A stretch of 63,105 bases of DNA, counting the filler, from Octopus bimaculoides (lineage: Eukaryota), in the NCBI RefSeq assembly GCF_001194135.2. It is 7 parts of 6 records of this genome, joined end to end, with 100 filler letters (N's around TTAATTAATTAA, not from the genome) between each part and the next. Parts side by side here need not be neighbours in the genome. Positions count along the whole stretch, not along the records: positions 47,841 to 55,139 come from NC_068984.1; positions 55,240 to 57,504 come from NC_068986.1; positions 57,605 to 61,791 come from NW_026415497.1; positions 61,892 to 63,105 come from NW_026379162.1; 3 more parts are not named here. The stretch is one strand, 5' to 3'. Numbering within the stretch: position 1 is the first letter of the stretch; the number at the start of each line of letters is the position of its first letter. The position numbers and the translations under genes were made by a program. Of this stretch, positions 51,650-63,105 are shown in pieces. The notes beneath the pieces were generated by a model. It saw only the letters and a list, made by a program, of their open reading frames with translations, did no database searches and was not told the origin of the DNA.

Positions 51650-51810
51650 NNNNNNNNNNTATATACAGGCTTCCACACAGTTTCTATCTACCAAATCCAC
51701 TCATTGGTCGACTTGGAGCTAAGGTAGAAAAGATACTTGTAGCACAATGGAACTAAACCTAAAACCACGTAGCGGCGAAGCGAACTTCCGAACTACACAG
51801 GCGCGCCTGA
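51425..51810 (-). mobile_element. SINE family B
   Basis: Reverse-complement blocks. Confidence 0.7.
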
Positions 51811-51989
51811 CCTTATGGAATTAAGTGTAAATAAAAGGCAAATCATAAAAGTTTTTAACAATGCGCAATGTTGTAGTCGTAGTTGTCATCAAAATGCACT
51901 TTGGACGCCATCGACTTGTCGGATCGGCGTATAAGGAATGGTGGAAACGCAGTAAGTATTGTACGTGTGTTTGCCTGTAGAAGAAATTT

Positions 51990-52720
51990 GGGGAAACAAC
52001 GACGACGACGATGATGATGAAATTATGATAATGATTAATGACGACAAGAATGATGATGATGATGATTATGATGAAGATGATGATGATGACGACGACGACG
52101 ACGGTGATGATGATGATGATGATGAAATTATGATAATGATTAATATGATGACAAGAATGATGATGATGATGNNNNNNNNNNATGATAATGATTAATGACG
52201 ACAAGAATGATGATGATGATGATTATGATGAAGATGATGATGATGACGACGACGACGACGGTGATGATGATGATGATGATGAAATTATGATAATGATTAA
52301 TATGATGACAAGAATGATGATGATGATGATTATGATGAAGATGATGATTATGATGAAGATGATGATGATGACGACTACGACGACGACAACGACGACGACG
52401 ACAACGACGACGACGATGATGATGAAATGATGATAATGATTAATATGACAACAAGAATGATGATGATTATGAGAAGATGATGATGATGGTTATGATGAAG
52501 ATGATGATGATGATTATGATGAAAATGATGATGATGATGATGCCGACCACGACGATGATGATGACGACGACGACGATGAAGATTATGATGACGATGACGA
52601 CGACGACGATGATGACGATGACGACGACGACGACGATGATGATGATGACGACGACGGCGGCGATGATGTCGAACTTCGGCGGCGATGTTGACGACGACGA
52701 CGACGACGATGATAACGCTT
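51990..52720. repeat. Compound (GAT)n/(GAC)n tract with recurring gaaattatgataatgattaat subunit
   Basis: Read directly; includes an exact 147-bp duplication across a 10-N gap. Confidence 0.9.
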
Positions 52721-53299
52721 GAAAAGCACTGTGCAACAAGTAATTGTGACCAAAAGAAATGCCAGAGCAATTCGGAAGCATTAACAAGTTGATTCCAGAT
52801 ATAAACAATGAATCGAGTTTCACCTGCGTTGGCAATTACTTCAGTTGAAGAAATACTAATTACTGGCACCTGGAAGCATTTTGTAAAATGTACTTGTGTG
52901 TGCGTGTGTGCGCGCGAGAGAGCGACGAAGAGAGACCGGGAAAAGACAGGTAGAGAAAGATCGAGATAGAAACGGAGAATGAGGCGGTTGTGTACCGCCA
53001 AAGGTGTGCATCATAAATCAATTTTTCCTTCAAAAGTAATTAACTTCTCAACCACTTAGAAAAGGAATAATAGTCGTTTCCATTATCATAACCATCATCC
53101 CTATGAATTTACACTTGTTGTCACAATGACGTAGCGTGGAGTATTCGGGACGCGCGCTGTGCACAAGGCGGCCATTTTATAAACGTTTTGTCAAAGGTAC
53201 GTTACATTTAAAGAAGGGAATGGCTAATTTGCTTACTAAAAAAGATGACCAAAATCCAAGCCACTTTGCCCTCATCATTGTTGCACACATAAGGGCGTC

Positions 53300-53495
53300 A
53301 GGGGGAATGCTTTACGGCTTTCGTTCCGGTTTTACGGCTTTCGTTATTATGAGTTCAAATTCAACCGAGGTTGACCTTGCCTTTCATTCCTTCGGAGTTG
53401 ATGAAATAAGTACCAGTTGAGTAATGGAGTCGATGTAATTAAATAACCCCTTCTCCACAAAATTTCAGGCCTTGTGTCTATAGTAGTAAAGATTG
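53300..53495 (+). mobile_element. SINE family A
   Basis: Core present; short ttacggctttcgtt duplication at its 5' side. Confidence 0.7.
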
Positions 53496-54364
53496 CTGTT
53501 GCATACATAGGTGACGAGTTGATAGACTTATTAAAGTGTTAGAAAAAATGCATGCATGTATGTATGGAGGTAGTAGTAGATAGGATACTTGCATGCATGT
53601 ATGTATGCGTGTATATATTTACATGCATGCACATACATACAGACATGCATGCATGCATATATACATACATACATAATGTAACATATGGTGTAATTATAAA
53701 CAGGGCAAATTTTAGACATTTCTCCACAGACTGAAAAAACTGATGATTAACTTAATCGATTTTCGAACCTTATTGAGTTCTCATCAGAGGTGTCTACATC
53801 ATTCTGACAGTCTCCAGAGAAACAGGCAGCTTAACTGTTTATATACTCAACAAATGCAGCAGTTACTCTATGAAGGAGTCCCTAATTTGCACACTGAAAG
53901 TGTTTAAGACTCTATAAATACCAGCGGCCAGTCAACGGGGAACTTAGTTCACACAGTATCAAGGTATGATTTATATATGTAACATATAGTATAATTATAA
54001 ACAAGGCAAATTTTAACCATTTTTCTGCAGACTGAAAAAATTATATATATATATATATATATTGGTCACGGTTTAGTTACGTATTTAGGAGTTGGCTGTA
54101 ATTTACTTATTGAATTTATTTACCGATACGGTTGTACATAGGGTAAATGTGTTTGAAAGTTGTGGTTTCTTTAGTTTTGTTTGTTCCCAAGCAACACTTA
54201 TTTTAGTGCTGTTGACACCGCCGGGTTGAATGGTACTGCCCAGGTGTCGAAACCATAATGATATCCGTGGGGCAGCTGATGATGGAGGTATGTTGGATTG
54301 TTGGTATGGCTGTTTTTGTATATGTGGAATAGTATTTATAACACAACCTTTTCATATATAATCT

Positions 54365-54793
54365 TCTATCTTTTACTTGTTTCAGTCATTAGACTGCTGC
54401 CATGCTGTGGCACGGCCTTGAAAGATTTTAGTCGAATTAACCGACCTCAGTACTTTATTTGTTTTTTAAGCTTGTACTTTTCTAATCTCTTTTGCTGAAC
54501 CGCTAATTTACAGGGATGTAAACACACCAACGCTTGGTTGTGGAACGGTGATGAGGAACAAACACACACATACACACACGCACACACGCACATACACACA
54601 CATACGCGCGCACACACACACACACACATACACATACACACACAGGTATGCGATGGGATTTTTTCAGTTTCCATCAACCAAATCCACTCAGAAGGCTTTG
54701 GTCAGCCCAAGCCTGTAGTGGAAGACACTTGTCTGCACCCATTGATTTCACCTCTACTATTACACTTGGCAATATAGGCGACTTGTGGACTCG

Positions 54794-54824
<31 letters not shown>

Positions 54825-55139
54825 AAGCGCGCGCGTTCATACGAGGTAGGGGCTAAAAAGTTCCTGGCTTTGGATAAAAGAAAATAGAAGAGGATCAGTT
54901 ATCTCTTTTACTTTTTTCAGTCATTTGACTGCGGCCATGCTGGAGCACCGCCTTTTAGTCGAGGAAATCGACCCCAGGACTTATTCTTATGTAAGCCTAG
55001 TACTTATTCTATCGGTCTCTTTCTGCCGAACCGCTAAGTTACGTGGACGTAAACACACCAGCATCGGTTGTCAAGCGATGGTGGGGGGACAAATACAGAC
55101 ACACAAACACACATACATATATATATATACATATATACG
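54365..55139 (-). mobile_element. SINE family B, two copies (54365-54740 and 54900-55139)
   Basis: Reverse-complement blocks. Confidence 0.8.
54840..54900 (+). mobile_element. Left end of the same mariner MITE family, interrupted by a SINE
   Basis: TA|cgaggtaggggctaaaaagttcctggcttt, similar to 36322-36351. Confidence 0.5.
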
Positions 55140-55436
55140 NNNNNNNNNNNNNNNNNNNNNNNNNNNNNNNNNNNNNNNNNNNNTTAATTAATTAANNNNN
55201 NNNNNNNNNNNNNNNNNNNNNNNNNNNNNNNNNNNNNNNTTCCACGTGTAACCTTTCCTCTTTCTCCGTTTTCTTCCTCTGTTTAGACGAACTTTCCTAC
55301 CTTTTCGGACAAAACCTTTTGTAACCTTCGTCCTGTCTTTGTCCTTAGATGTTTTTAATTGATATTAGCCCTTGTGGCCAATAAAACGAATTAATTATTA
55401 TTATTATCATTATTATCATTATCATTATCCTTATCC

Positions 55437-55467
<31 letters not shown>

Positions 55468-56330
55468 GGCCGACATACGGTAAGAAAAATTGTAAAAAGA
55501 GATGGGAGAACGGTAGCTGTAAATCCTCTATCCGACGTGATATAAAATACCGCAAGATGCACGGTAACATACCGTTGTATCGGAGTCAAATATCGACGGG
55601 TGGAAAATGCCCCTGATAACGAAATACAAAAATGCCTTGGGCGTGTGTGGGAAAGAAGGACCCACATTACCCGAGGAAAGAAGTTTGGAACTACTGAGTT
55701 GAGATTTGGGACGAAAGAAGAAGCTAGATATCATTCCGCGACCACTTTGAGAATGACAACTTTTCCTTAATCTCCAGCTATCGCGGGCAACGTCTTGCCA
55801 ACATTAGGGCGTTGAATGTACCGAAAGAAATATCCCTTACCTGGTTAGTAGTAGCTGTCTTGGTAGGCTTAGAAGAAGACGAATTTACAATATTTGAGAT
55901 AAAACTGGTAAGTTATAGGTATGGAATTGGCCTTGCAATGCAAGCAGGATCATATCGATCAGCTGCCCGATATAATCGATCTCCCGGATGGTACTCACCT
56001 GTCAGTATTCGTGGAGAGTAGAAAGCCAAGATGCCACATATGTGGATTCGTAACTCACTTAGAAGCTTTCTGCCATGAAACAAGAAAAAAATAAAGTCCC
56101 ACTGCTGCCAACATTCTAAACACAACAAACGCAAAATCATAAACAAGTGCACAAGACTCCTACCTCTACTCCCACATCCACGCACAACCCACTCCCAAAT
56201 CAAAACAAAGAAGGAGTCTATCCTCGGCTACCATGGAAAAAAGCATTCTCCTGAATGCTCTTTCTCCCAAATCAACATCAACTGCAATGACATGGAGAAA
56301 AAAGAGCTGAATGATCAATAGATCACAGTG
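55468..56330 (+). mobile_element. L1/Tx1-like LINE ORF1 remnant with CCHC zinc knuckle
   Basis: NTARCTVTYRCIGVKYRRVENAPDNEIQKCLGRVW..GTTELRFGTKEEA..RGQRLANIRALNVPKEI..; CHICGFVTHLEAFC (C-x2-C-x4-H-x4-C) at 56032-56073. Confidence 0.7.
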
Positions 56331-56845
56331 ACAAAAGCGGGTAGGCAAAAGAGTATATAACCTTACTCCAAGAAATCAACAGAAACTTATTCTGAAATCA
56401 CAACTGCAACACAATTCACAACCACCTCAACAAAAACAACAAAGAACAATAACTTCAAAAACAGCAACATCATCAACAACATGAAATCACAGAAACACAC
56501 AATCAACCAATTACAGAACTTCAAAAATATTCATCAGATAGTAGACGAAATGTATTCATCAATTTTAATGTTGTGAACAAGTTCACCCGATGGATTTTGT
56601 AAGTCGAACAAAAACAAAATAGAGACAGAGGGAAAATAATTTGAGGATTTCATCCTCAAAATCCCCAAGGACAGACCTTTAATTAAAACATCGTCAGACG
56701 TTTATAAAGCTATAAGCGAAAAATTACGAAGTAGTATGGGGATTTAAAATAAATCTTTCGATAAAAAGCTCTTAGAAGGGCCGTTTAAAAAATTTTCGTC
56801 AGTAATCAAGGTGAGTAACCTATTCATTTTCTTTCTCCCACTAGT

Positions 56846-57175
56846 ATGGCTGTACTGAGAATGGGGTGTGTAAATGTGCGTGGCCTGGGATCAGCTTGGA
56901 AGCAAGGTCAGTTACTCAATGATCTCAGTTACCTGGTTTGGATGTAGCTGTCATTAGTGAAACAAGGATCTCTGGAAAACATGCTCTAGCAGCCATCGGG
57001 AGCGGGTGACGGTGTAGCAGTGCTACTCCGGAAATCTTTAGATCTCCAAGTACGGGCCATATTCCTGGACCCGGATGGTAGGGTGCTGGTGCTGGACGTA
57101 AATGGCAGCGAAAGTGGGGATTTTAGACTAGTAGCGGTTTATGCCACAACAGGGGCCGGAATGCCAGGAGATATA
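56846..57175 (+). mobile_element. L1/Tx1-like LINE ORF2 N-terminus (APE endonuclease), frameshifted and 3'-truncated
   Basis: MAVLRMGCVNVRGL..LLNDL../LDVAVISETR../GVAVLLRK..LDPDGRVLVLDV..FRLVAVYA: APE motifs NVRGL, (Q/S)ET, GVA, GR, (N/A)VYAP. Confidence 0.8.
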
Positions 57176-57603
57176 GGGCCGACATGAGCTCATTTTCGAA
57201 TACCAAATACTCTAATTTTACAACGTTGGCATCCCATATTCATGATTCGAAGAGGAGCAATATGAGCTATACTACTGAATGGTCTCTCCGGTCCGACCCC
57301 CCCCCACACACTTTAATGGCAATTTAAGCAAATTTAGGTTATGTTTGAGGGAATCGTACTTGATTCTTAAAGGTTTTGGGGCGAAACTCCTTAATAAATT
57401 TTTTGATGTGGTCCATTTTTGTAATAAGATTTTTCTCAACCTTCTTGAGTATATACAAAAATAAAAACAAGGGTAAAATTGAAATGAGATATTTCAGAGG
57501 AACGNNNNNNNNNNNNNNNNNNNNNNNNNNNNNNNNNNNNNNNNNNNNTTAATTAATTAANNNNNNNNNNNNNNNNNNNNNNNNNNNNNNNNNNNNNNNN
57601 NNN

Positions 57604-57815
57604 NGTGTGGTAAGTAGCTTGCTTACAAACGACATGGTTCCGGGTTCAGTCCCACAGCATGGCACCTTAGGCAAGTGTCTTCTACTATAACTTCAGGCTG
57701 ACCAAAGCTTTGTGAGTGGATTTGGTAGACGGAAACTGAAAGAAGCCCGTCGTATATATGTATATATGTGTGTGTGTATATGTTTGTGTGTCTGTTTGTC
57801 CCCCTAACATCGCTT
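57604..57815 (+). mobile_element. SINE family B, 5' part (rest in gap)
   Basis: gtgtggtaagtagcttgct..ggttccgggttcagtccca head. Confidence 0.8.
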
Positions 57816-58681
57816 NNNNNNNNNNNNNNNNNNNNNNNNNNNNNNNNNNNNNNNNNNNNNNNNNNNNNNNNNNNNNNNNNNNNNNNNNNNNNNNNNNNNN
57901 NNNNNNNNNNNNNNNNNNNNNNNNNNNNNNNNNNNNNNNNNNNNNNNNNNNNNNNNNNNNNNNNNNNNNNNNNNNNNNNNNNNNNNNNNNNNNNNNNNNN
58001 NNNNNNNNNNNNNNNNNNNNNNNNNNNNNNNNNNNNNNNNNNNNNNNNNNNNNNNNNNNNNNNNNNNNNNNNNNNNNNNNNNNNNNNNNNNNNNNNNNNN
58101 NNNNNNNNNNNNNNNNNNNNNNNNNNNNNNNNNNNNNNNNNNNNNNNNNNNNNNNNNNNNNNNNNNNNNNNNNNNNNNNNNNNNNNNNNNNNNNNNNNNN
58201 NNNNNNNNNNNNNNNNNNNNNNNNNNNNNNNNNNNNNNNNNNNNNNNNNNNNNNNNNNNNNNNNNNNNNNNNNNNNNNNNNNNNNNNNNNNNNNNNNNNN
58301 NNNNNNNNNNNNNNNNNNNNNNNNNNNNNNNNNNNNNNNNNNNNNNNNNNNNNNNNNNNNNNNNNNNNNNNNNNNNNNNNNNNNNNNNNNNNNNNNNNNN
58401 NNNNNNNNNNNNNNNNNNNNNNNNNNNNNNNNNNNNNNNNNNNNNNNNNNNNNNNNNNNNNNNNNNNNNNNNNNNNNNNNNNNNNNNNNNNNNNNNNNNN
58501 NNNNNNNNNNNNNNNNNNNNNNNNNNNNNNNNNNNNNNNNNNNNNNNNNNNNNNNNNNNNNNNNNNNNNNNNNNNNNNNNNNNNNNNNNNNNNNNNNNNN
58601 NNNNNNNNNTATTATCATGGCTGCGTGGTATATATACACACACAGAAATATATATTTGGCAATTGCTGTTTTCACAGATGA

Positions 58682-58810
58682 TTGCAATCTCCTTGTTTCA
58701 TCTTCCCAATCCATTCACAAGGCGTTGGTCTGCCCCAAGGTGCCACGAAGTGGAACTGAACATGGAACCATGTGGTCGGGAAGCAAGCTTCTCACCACAT
58801 GGCCTCGCCT
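58682..58810 (-). mobile_element. SINE family B, 5' part
   Basis: Reverse-complement head. Confidence 0.6.
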
Positions 58811-61800
58811 GTTCATACAACCTGTTTTCCCTCAAAATAGCCTGGGTTTGTAATGAAAAGTTCTGTGAAGTTGCGCAGTTGGTTGTCCTCTCTTGCTGCT
58901 GCTGCCAACCATTACCTGTTTTGCTAGTAAGGGGTTTCTTTTATTCTTGCCAGTCTTGAAAAATGCTGGGAAACTGGTTGTCATGACAACAACAGCAATC
59001 CAATGTCAGCTTTATTCAAGCTGTGACAAGTGTGGTGTGGTGTATAAATGATTATAGGAATTTGCATATCTGTGTACAGACACACAACCACACATACGCA
59101 GCTGTATAAACCCGTATGTGCACACAGATACACGCACGTATGTGTTTTACATACACATACTCACAGAAACACATCCTCATTAAATGTACAAATACACACA
59201 CACACGCGCGGAAAACGCAAACACACACTGGTAAAGACACATGCGCACACTCACTCACTCACTCACACACTCACACAAAAATATACACACACAAGTACAT
59301 ACATGCACACACATAGTCCCACAACTGGCTTCTTTCCGTCTACTAAATCCACTCACAAGGCTTTGACAAAATTTTGTGCTGCATTCGGTCAGTGAACAGG
59401 TCGCGGCCTCAAAGCAATGAATATATTTTGGCAAATTAAATTTAAATGTTGAAGTGAATCTAACGGTTTTTGTGTGTTTCTTAAATGGCTTATAAATACC
59501 TTCCACACTGCAATTGCTTTCGTTCCAGCACACAATCTCAAATCAGGTCACTTGCTATGCAAGTACATCTCCGTAATATATATATATATATATATAATAC
59601 AAAGAATATATATACATGTATACACACATATATGTACATACTTACATCTACATGTGTATATATATGCATATCAGGGTACAGGACGTTAGAACAATAAACT
59701 ACAGACAACGGAACGAACACATAGANNNNNNNNNNNNNNNNNNNNNNNNNNNNNNNNNNNNNNNNNNNNNNNNNNNNNNNNNNNNNNNNNNNNNNNNNNN
59801 NNNNNNNNNNNNNNNNNNNNNNNNNNNNNNNNNNNNNNNNNNNNNNNNNNNNNNNNNNNNNNNNNNNNNNNNNNNNNNNNNNNNNNNNNNNNNNNNNNNN
59901 NNNNNNNNNNNNNNNNNNNNNNNNNNNNNNNNNNNNNNNNNNNNNNNNNNNNNNNNNNNNNNNNNNNNNNNNNNNNNNNNNNNNNNNNNNNNNNNNNNNN
60001 NNNNNNNNNNNNNNNNNNNNNNNNNNNNNNNNNNNNNNNNNNNNNNNNNNNNNNNNNNNNNNNNNNNNNNNNNNNNNNNNNNNNNNNNNNNNNNNNNNNN
60101 NNNNNNNNNNNNNNNNNNNNNNNNNNNNNNNNNNNNNNNNNNNNNNNNNNNNNNNNNNNNNNNNNNNNNNNNNNNNNNNNNNNNNNNNNNNNNNNNNNNN
60201 NNNNNNNNNNNNNNNNNNNNNNNNNNNNNNNNNNNNNNNNNNNNNNNNNNNNNNNNNNNNNNNNNNNNNNNNNNNNNNNNNNNNNNNNNNNNNNNNNNNN
60301 NNNNNNNNNNNNNNNNNNNNNNNNNNNNNNNNNNNNNNNNNNNNNNNNNNNNNNNNNNNNNNNNNNNNNNNNNNNNNNNNNNNNNNNNNNNNNNNNNNNN
60401 NNNNNNNNNNNNNNNNNNNNNNNNNNNNNNNNNNNNNNNNNNNNNNNNNNNNNNNNNNNNNNNNNNNNNNNNNNNNNNNNNNNNNNNNNNNNNNNNNNNN
60501 NNNNNNNNNNNNNNNNNNATATGTATATATATATATACACACACACACACATATATAAATATATATACACACACACACATATATATACACACACACACAT
60601 GTACATACATTTATACATCTGTACAAAAAAAAACCCACACAATTTTAATATTTAATAATGACAAAAATAGAATTTTTTGAATTGGTCATGTGTATGTATG
60701 TTTTATGTGTTGGTATCTATGTATGGATATGTATGTACAGACGTATGTATCTATATATGTAAAATACGTAGGTATACATTGGTAAATGTGTATGTGAGCG
60801 TATGCACATATGCATACACGTGTGTGTGTGTGTATGCACATATGTATATGTGTGTGTGTTTGTGGTGGTGGTGGGGGGGGATATTGTTGAAAATGGATGC
60901 AGACAGGAAAAAAGAAATGATTGTTATTTTTCTCCTTAATCGTTCATTTGTTTGTTTGTTTGTGTCTGCAGGGTAGCGGGCAGTGGGGTGGGGGTGGCAA
61001 GAAATGGTAGCGGTGGTGGTGGTGGTGGTGGTTGTGATGATGGTTATGATGATGATGATGTTGGTAGTGGTGGTGGCGGCGGCGATGGGGGACGTGCTTC
61101 AGTCGGTAACGGTGGGGAAGAGGAATATTGGGTGGGGGCGATAATGTTGATTGTGATGATGGCGGAATGCATTCATTTTATATATGTATTCATTTATTTA
61201 TAATTTATGGTTTATTTTGGCAAGGAACCTCGAGTTTCTTTAATTACATATTTCAGCAATGAGACTTGGAGACTTTACCAAAAACATAATCTATTACAAG
61301 ATAAAAACACACACTCACACACATGTATGTATATGATTATGTGCATGTATGTATGTATGTATGCATTATATCTATATATATATACATACATGTATGCTTG
61401 TGTATATATACATACACGTGTGTACATAAACATATGTATGTCTATATATGGGTGTGTGTATGTGTATATATATATATACACGCGCGCACGAGCTTGTATG
61501 AATATATAATCTAAGCTAACCTTTATTTTGGAAAACTAATATTATTGAGGTATTAAATGCCAATTATGTCAAGAAAACCCAGAATGAAACAGGAAAAAGA
61601 CACTTAGATTTTTGAGGAAAGAACAAAACCTCAAAGCTAAAAAGAAAGAAACAACAAAAATAAAAACAATTGTATTTTGCTCAATGATCATAGGTTTGTT
61701 TCTCCTGTTTTGCAACAAATACATTTTAGCTTTGTAATATGTGTATATATACATAAGTATATATATGTATATATATGTGTGTGTGTGTGTGNNNNNNNNN

Positions 61801-61912
61801 NNNNNNNNNNNNNNNNNNNNNNNNNNNNNNNNNNNTTAATTAATTAANNNNNNNNNNNNNNNNNNNNNNNNNNNNNNNNNNNNNNNNNNNNACAGTAAAT
61901 CAAGAATGTACC

Positions 61913-61947
<35 letters not shown>

Positions 61948-62021
61948 CCTTGCCTTGACATTGCATGGGAGCTGTAAATGACTTTCACTGTCATACAAGC
62001 AGTGTCATTCATTTCTTATTT

Positions 62022-62190
62022 CTTTATTGCCCACAAGGGGCCAAACATAGAGGGGACAAACAGGGACAATCAAGGGGATTAAGTCGATTAGATCGACCCC
62101 AGTGTGAGTAACTGGTACTTAATTTATCGACCCCGAAAGGATGAAAGGCAAAGTCGACCTCGACGGAATTTGAACTCTGAACATAACGGC
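62022..62190 (-). mobile_element. SINE family A
   Basis: Well-preserved reverse-complement core about 220 bp from the exon. Confidence 0.85.
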
Positions 62191-62197
62191 ATGGCTT

Positions 62198-62300
62198 CTA
62201 CAGCTGGATGCCCTTCCTAATGCCAACCCCTTTACAGAGTGTACTGTGTGCTTTTTCTGTGCCACTGGCATGGGTGCATGCAAACAGCACCGGTATGAGT
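62198..62300 (-). repeat. Interspersed repeat fragment, probably RTE-related SINE/LINE UTR
   Basis: ggatgcccttcctaatgccaacc motif, recalled as common in RTE-associated invertebrate repeats; single copy here. Confidence 0.35.
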
Positions 62301-62400
62301 GCATTCTATGTGGCAATGGTACCTGGAAAAGACAAGCCTGTATTTATGGACGATTACGATTCAACAGAAAGAAAGGAGTCTAAAGGTGTGCTGTAGGGAA

Positions 62401-62406
62401 ACTCAC
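62401..62406 (-). promoter_or_regulatory. 5' splice donor of the LamG exon
   Basis: Plus actcac = minus gtgagt after acag; consensus donor. Confidence 0.85.
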
Positions 62407-62726
62407 CTGTAAGGTGCCGATATCATGACCCTCAAGGCTGTTGAAAGTTGAGAGGGTGGCATAGAGTAGGACGGCAGTGTCCTTTATCGTTCTGAACTCC
62501 AGCTGTATGTCCAGATCGTCCTTGACAGGGTTCTCTAGGGTCAGCATGGTGCCGACACGAGGGAAGGACAACGGAATGTTCCGGATTGAATTGCAGCCGT
62601 AACTGACAGCCGTGCCACCGTGGTACTGGGTGGATCCCTTACCGTATCGCAAGTCGTAAAGGATTGATTTGTCGTTGAAGTAGATGTTTCGGAGACATCC
62701 AATGAAGTTCTGTGTTACCTCCAGAC
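62407..62726 (-). CDS. Internal coding exon, laminin G (LamG) domain end + start of next LamG domain; Caspr/Neurexin-IV/axotactin-like cell-adhesion protein
   Basis: Minus strand: pyrimidine tract ttttcttttttctttctgcttttgttcattgcag then exon, ending acag|gtgagt. 320 nt, phase 1 in, phase 0 out, no stops: (G)LEVTQNFIGCLRNIYFNDKSILYDLRYGKGSTQYHGGTAVSYGCNSIRNIPLSFPRVGTMLTLENPVKDDLDIQLEFRTIKDTAVLLYATLSTFNSLEGHDIGTLQ. The NFxGC...C...P(L/V)SF...FRT...LL pattern matches tandem LamG domains. GC content is above the flanks. Exact orthologue cannot be fixed from one exon. Confidence 0.88.
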
Positions 62727-62760
62727 CTGCAATGAACAAAAGCAGAAAGAAAAAAGAAAA
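62727..62760 (-). promoter_or_regulatory. 3' splice acceptor and polypyrimidine tract of the LamG exon
   Basis: Reverse complement reads ttttcttttttctttctgcttttgttcattgcag directly before the exon. Confidence 0.85.
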
Positions 62761-62771
62761 TCATAGCAACA

Positions 62772-62803
<32 letters not shown>

Positions 62804-62861
62804 TTGTGCATATGTGTGCGAATGTATACATGCCTACATATTCTTTTCTTTTCTTTTTTTT

Positions 62862-63105
62862 TATTTGTTTCAACGGCAGCCATGCTGGGGCACCGCCTTT
62901 AGTCGAGCAAGTCGACCCCCTCCACCAGGACTTATTCTTTGTAAGCCTAGTACTTATTCTATCAGTCTCTCTTGCCGAACCGCTAAGTTACGGGGACGTA
63001 AACACACCAGCATCGCTTGTCAAGCGATGTTGGGTGGACAAACAGAGACACACAAACATATACATACATATATACATATATATATATACATATATATATA
63101 TATAT
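62862..63105 (-). mobile_element. SINE family B, 3' part, well preserved
   Basis: gcggccatgctggggcaccgcctttagtcgagc..gtaaacacaccagcatcg. Confidence 0.85.

Noticed and set aside
52025-52328. Exact 147-bp tandem duplication
   Set aside because: The two copies (52025-52171, 52182-52328) are identical and flank a 10-N gap; most likely unmerged overlapping contig ends.
51959-53001. Poly-Asp, poly-Met/Thr and poly-His/Arg ORFs resembling acidic or metal-binding proteins
   Set aside because: Pure (GAT)n/(GAC)n microsatellite; open in several frames on both strands; no splice context.

Overview
AT-rich, gap-ridden eukaryotic genomic DNA. The microsatellite load, tRNA-derived SINE families and 100-bp N/TTAATTAATTAA/N gap spacers suggest an octopus/cephalopod short-read assembly (inference, not a database result). 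Only one credible host coding exon is visible: a 320-nt minus-strand exon at 62407-62726 spanning a laminin-G/laminin-G junction of a Caspr/Neurexin-IV/axotactin-like protein. The rest behaves like one very long intron or intergenic tract; other exons could be hidden in N gaps. It is filled with at least 5 SINE families, Helitron, Penelope-like, R4/Dong, CR1, RTE and L1/Tx1 remnants, Tc1/mariner MITEs and simple repeats. Nearly all long ORFs in the supplied track are artefacts of N runs or microsatellites. The most interesting signal is a set of minimal type I hammerhead-ribozyme-like motifs from two or three different repeat families. One family has a non-canonical CUGU(U/G)GA core. Another is physically joined to a tRNA-derived Pol III head, suggesting a SINE/retrozyme hybrid that may be Penelope-mobilised. 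Repeat boundaries were read by eye and are approximate (about 10-20 bp); exon, TSD, TIR and ribozyme coordinates were counted base by base.
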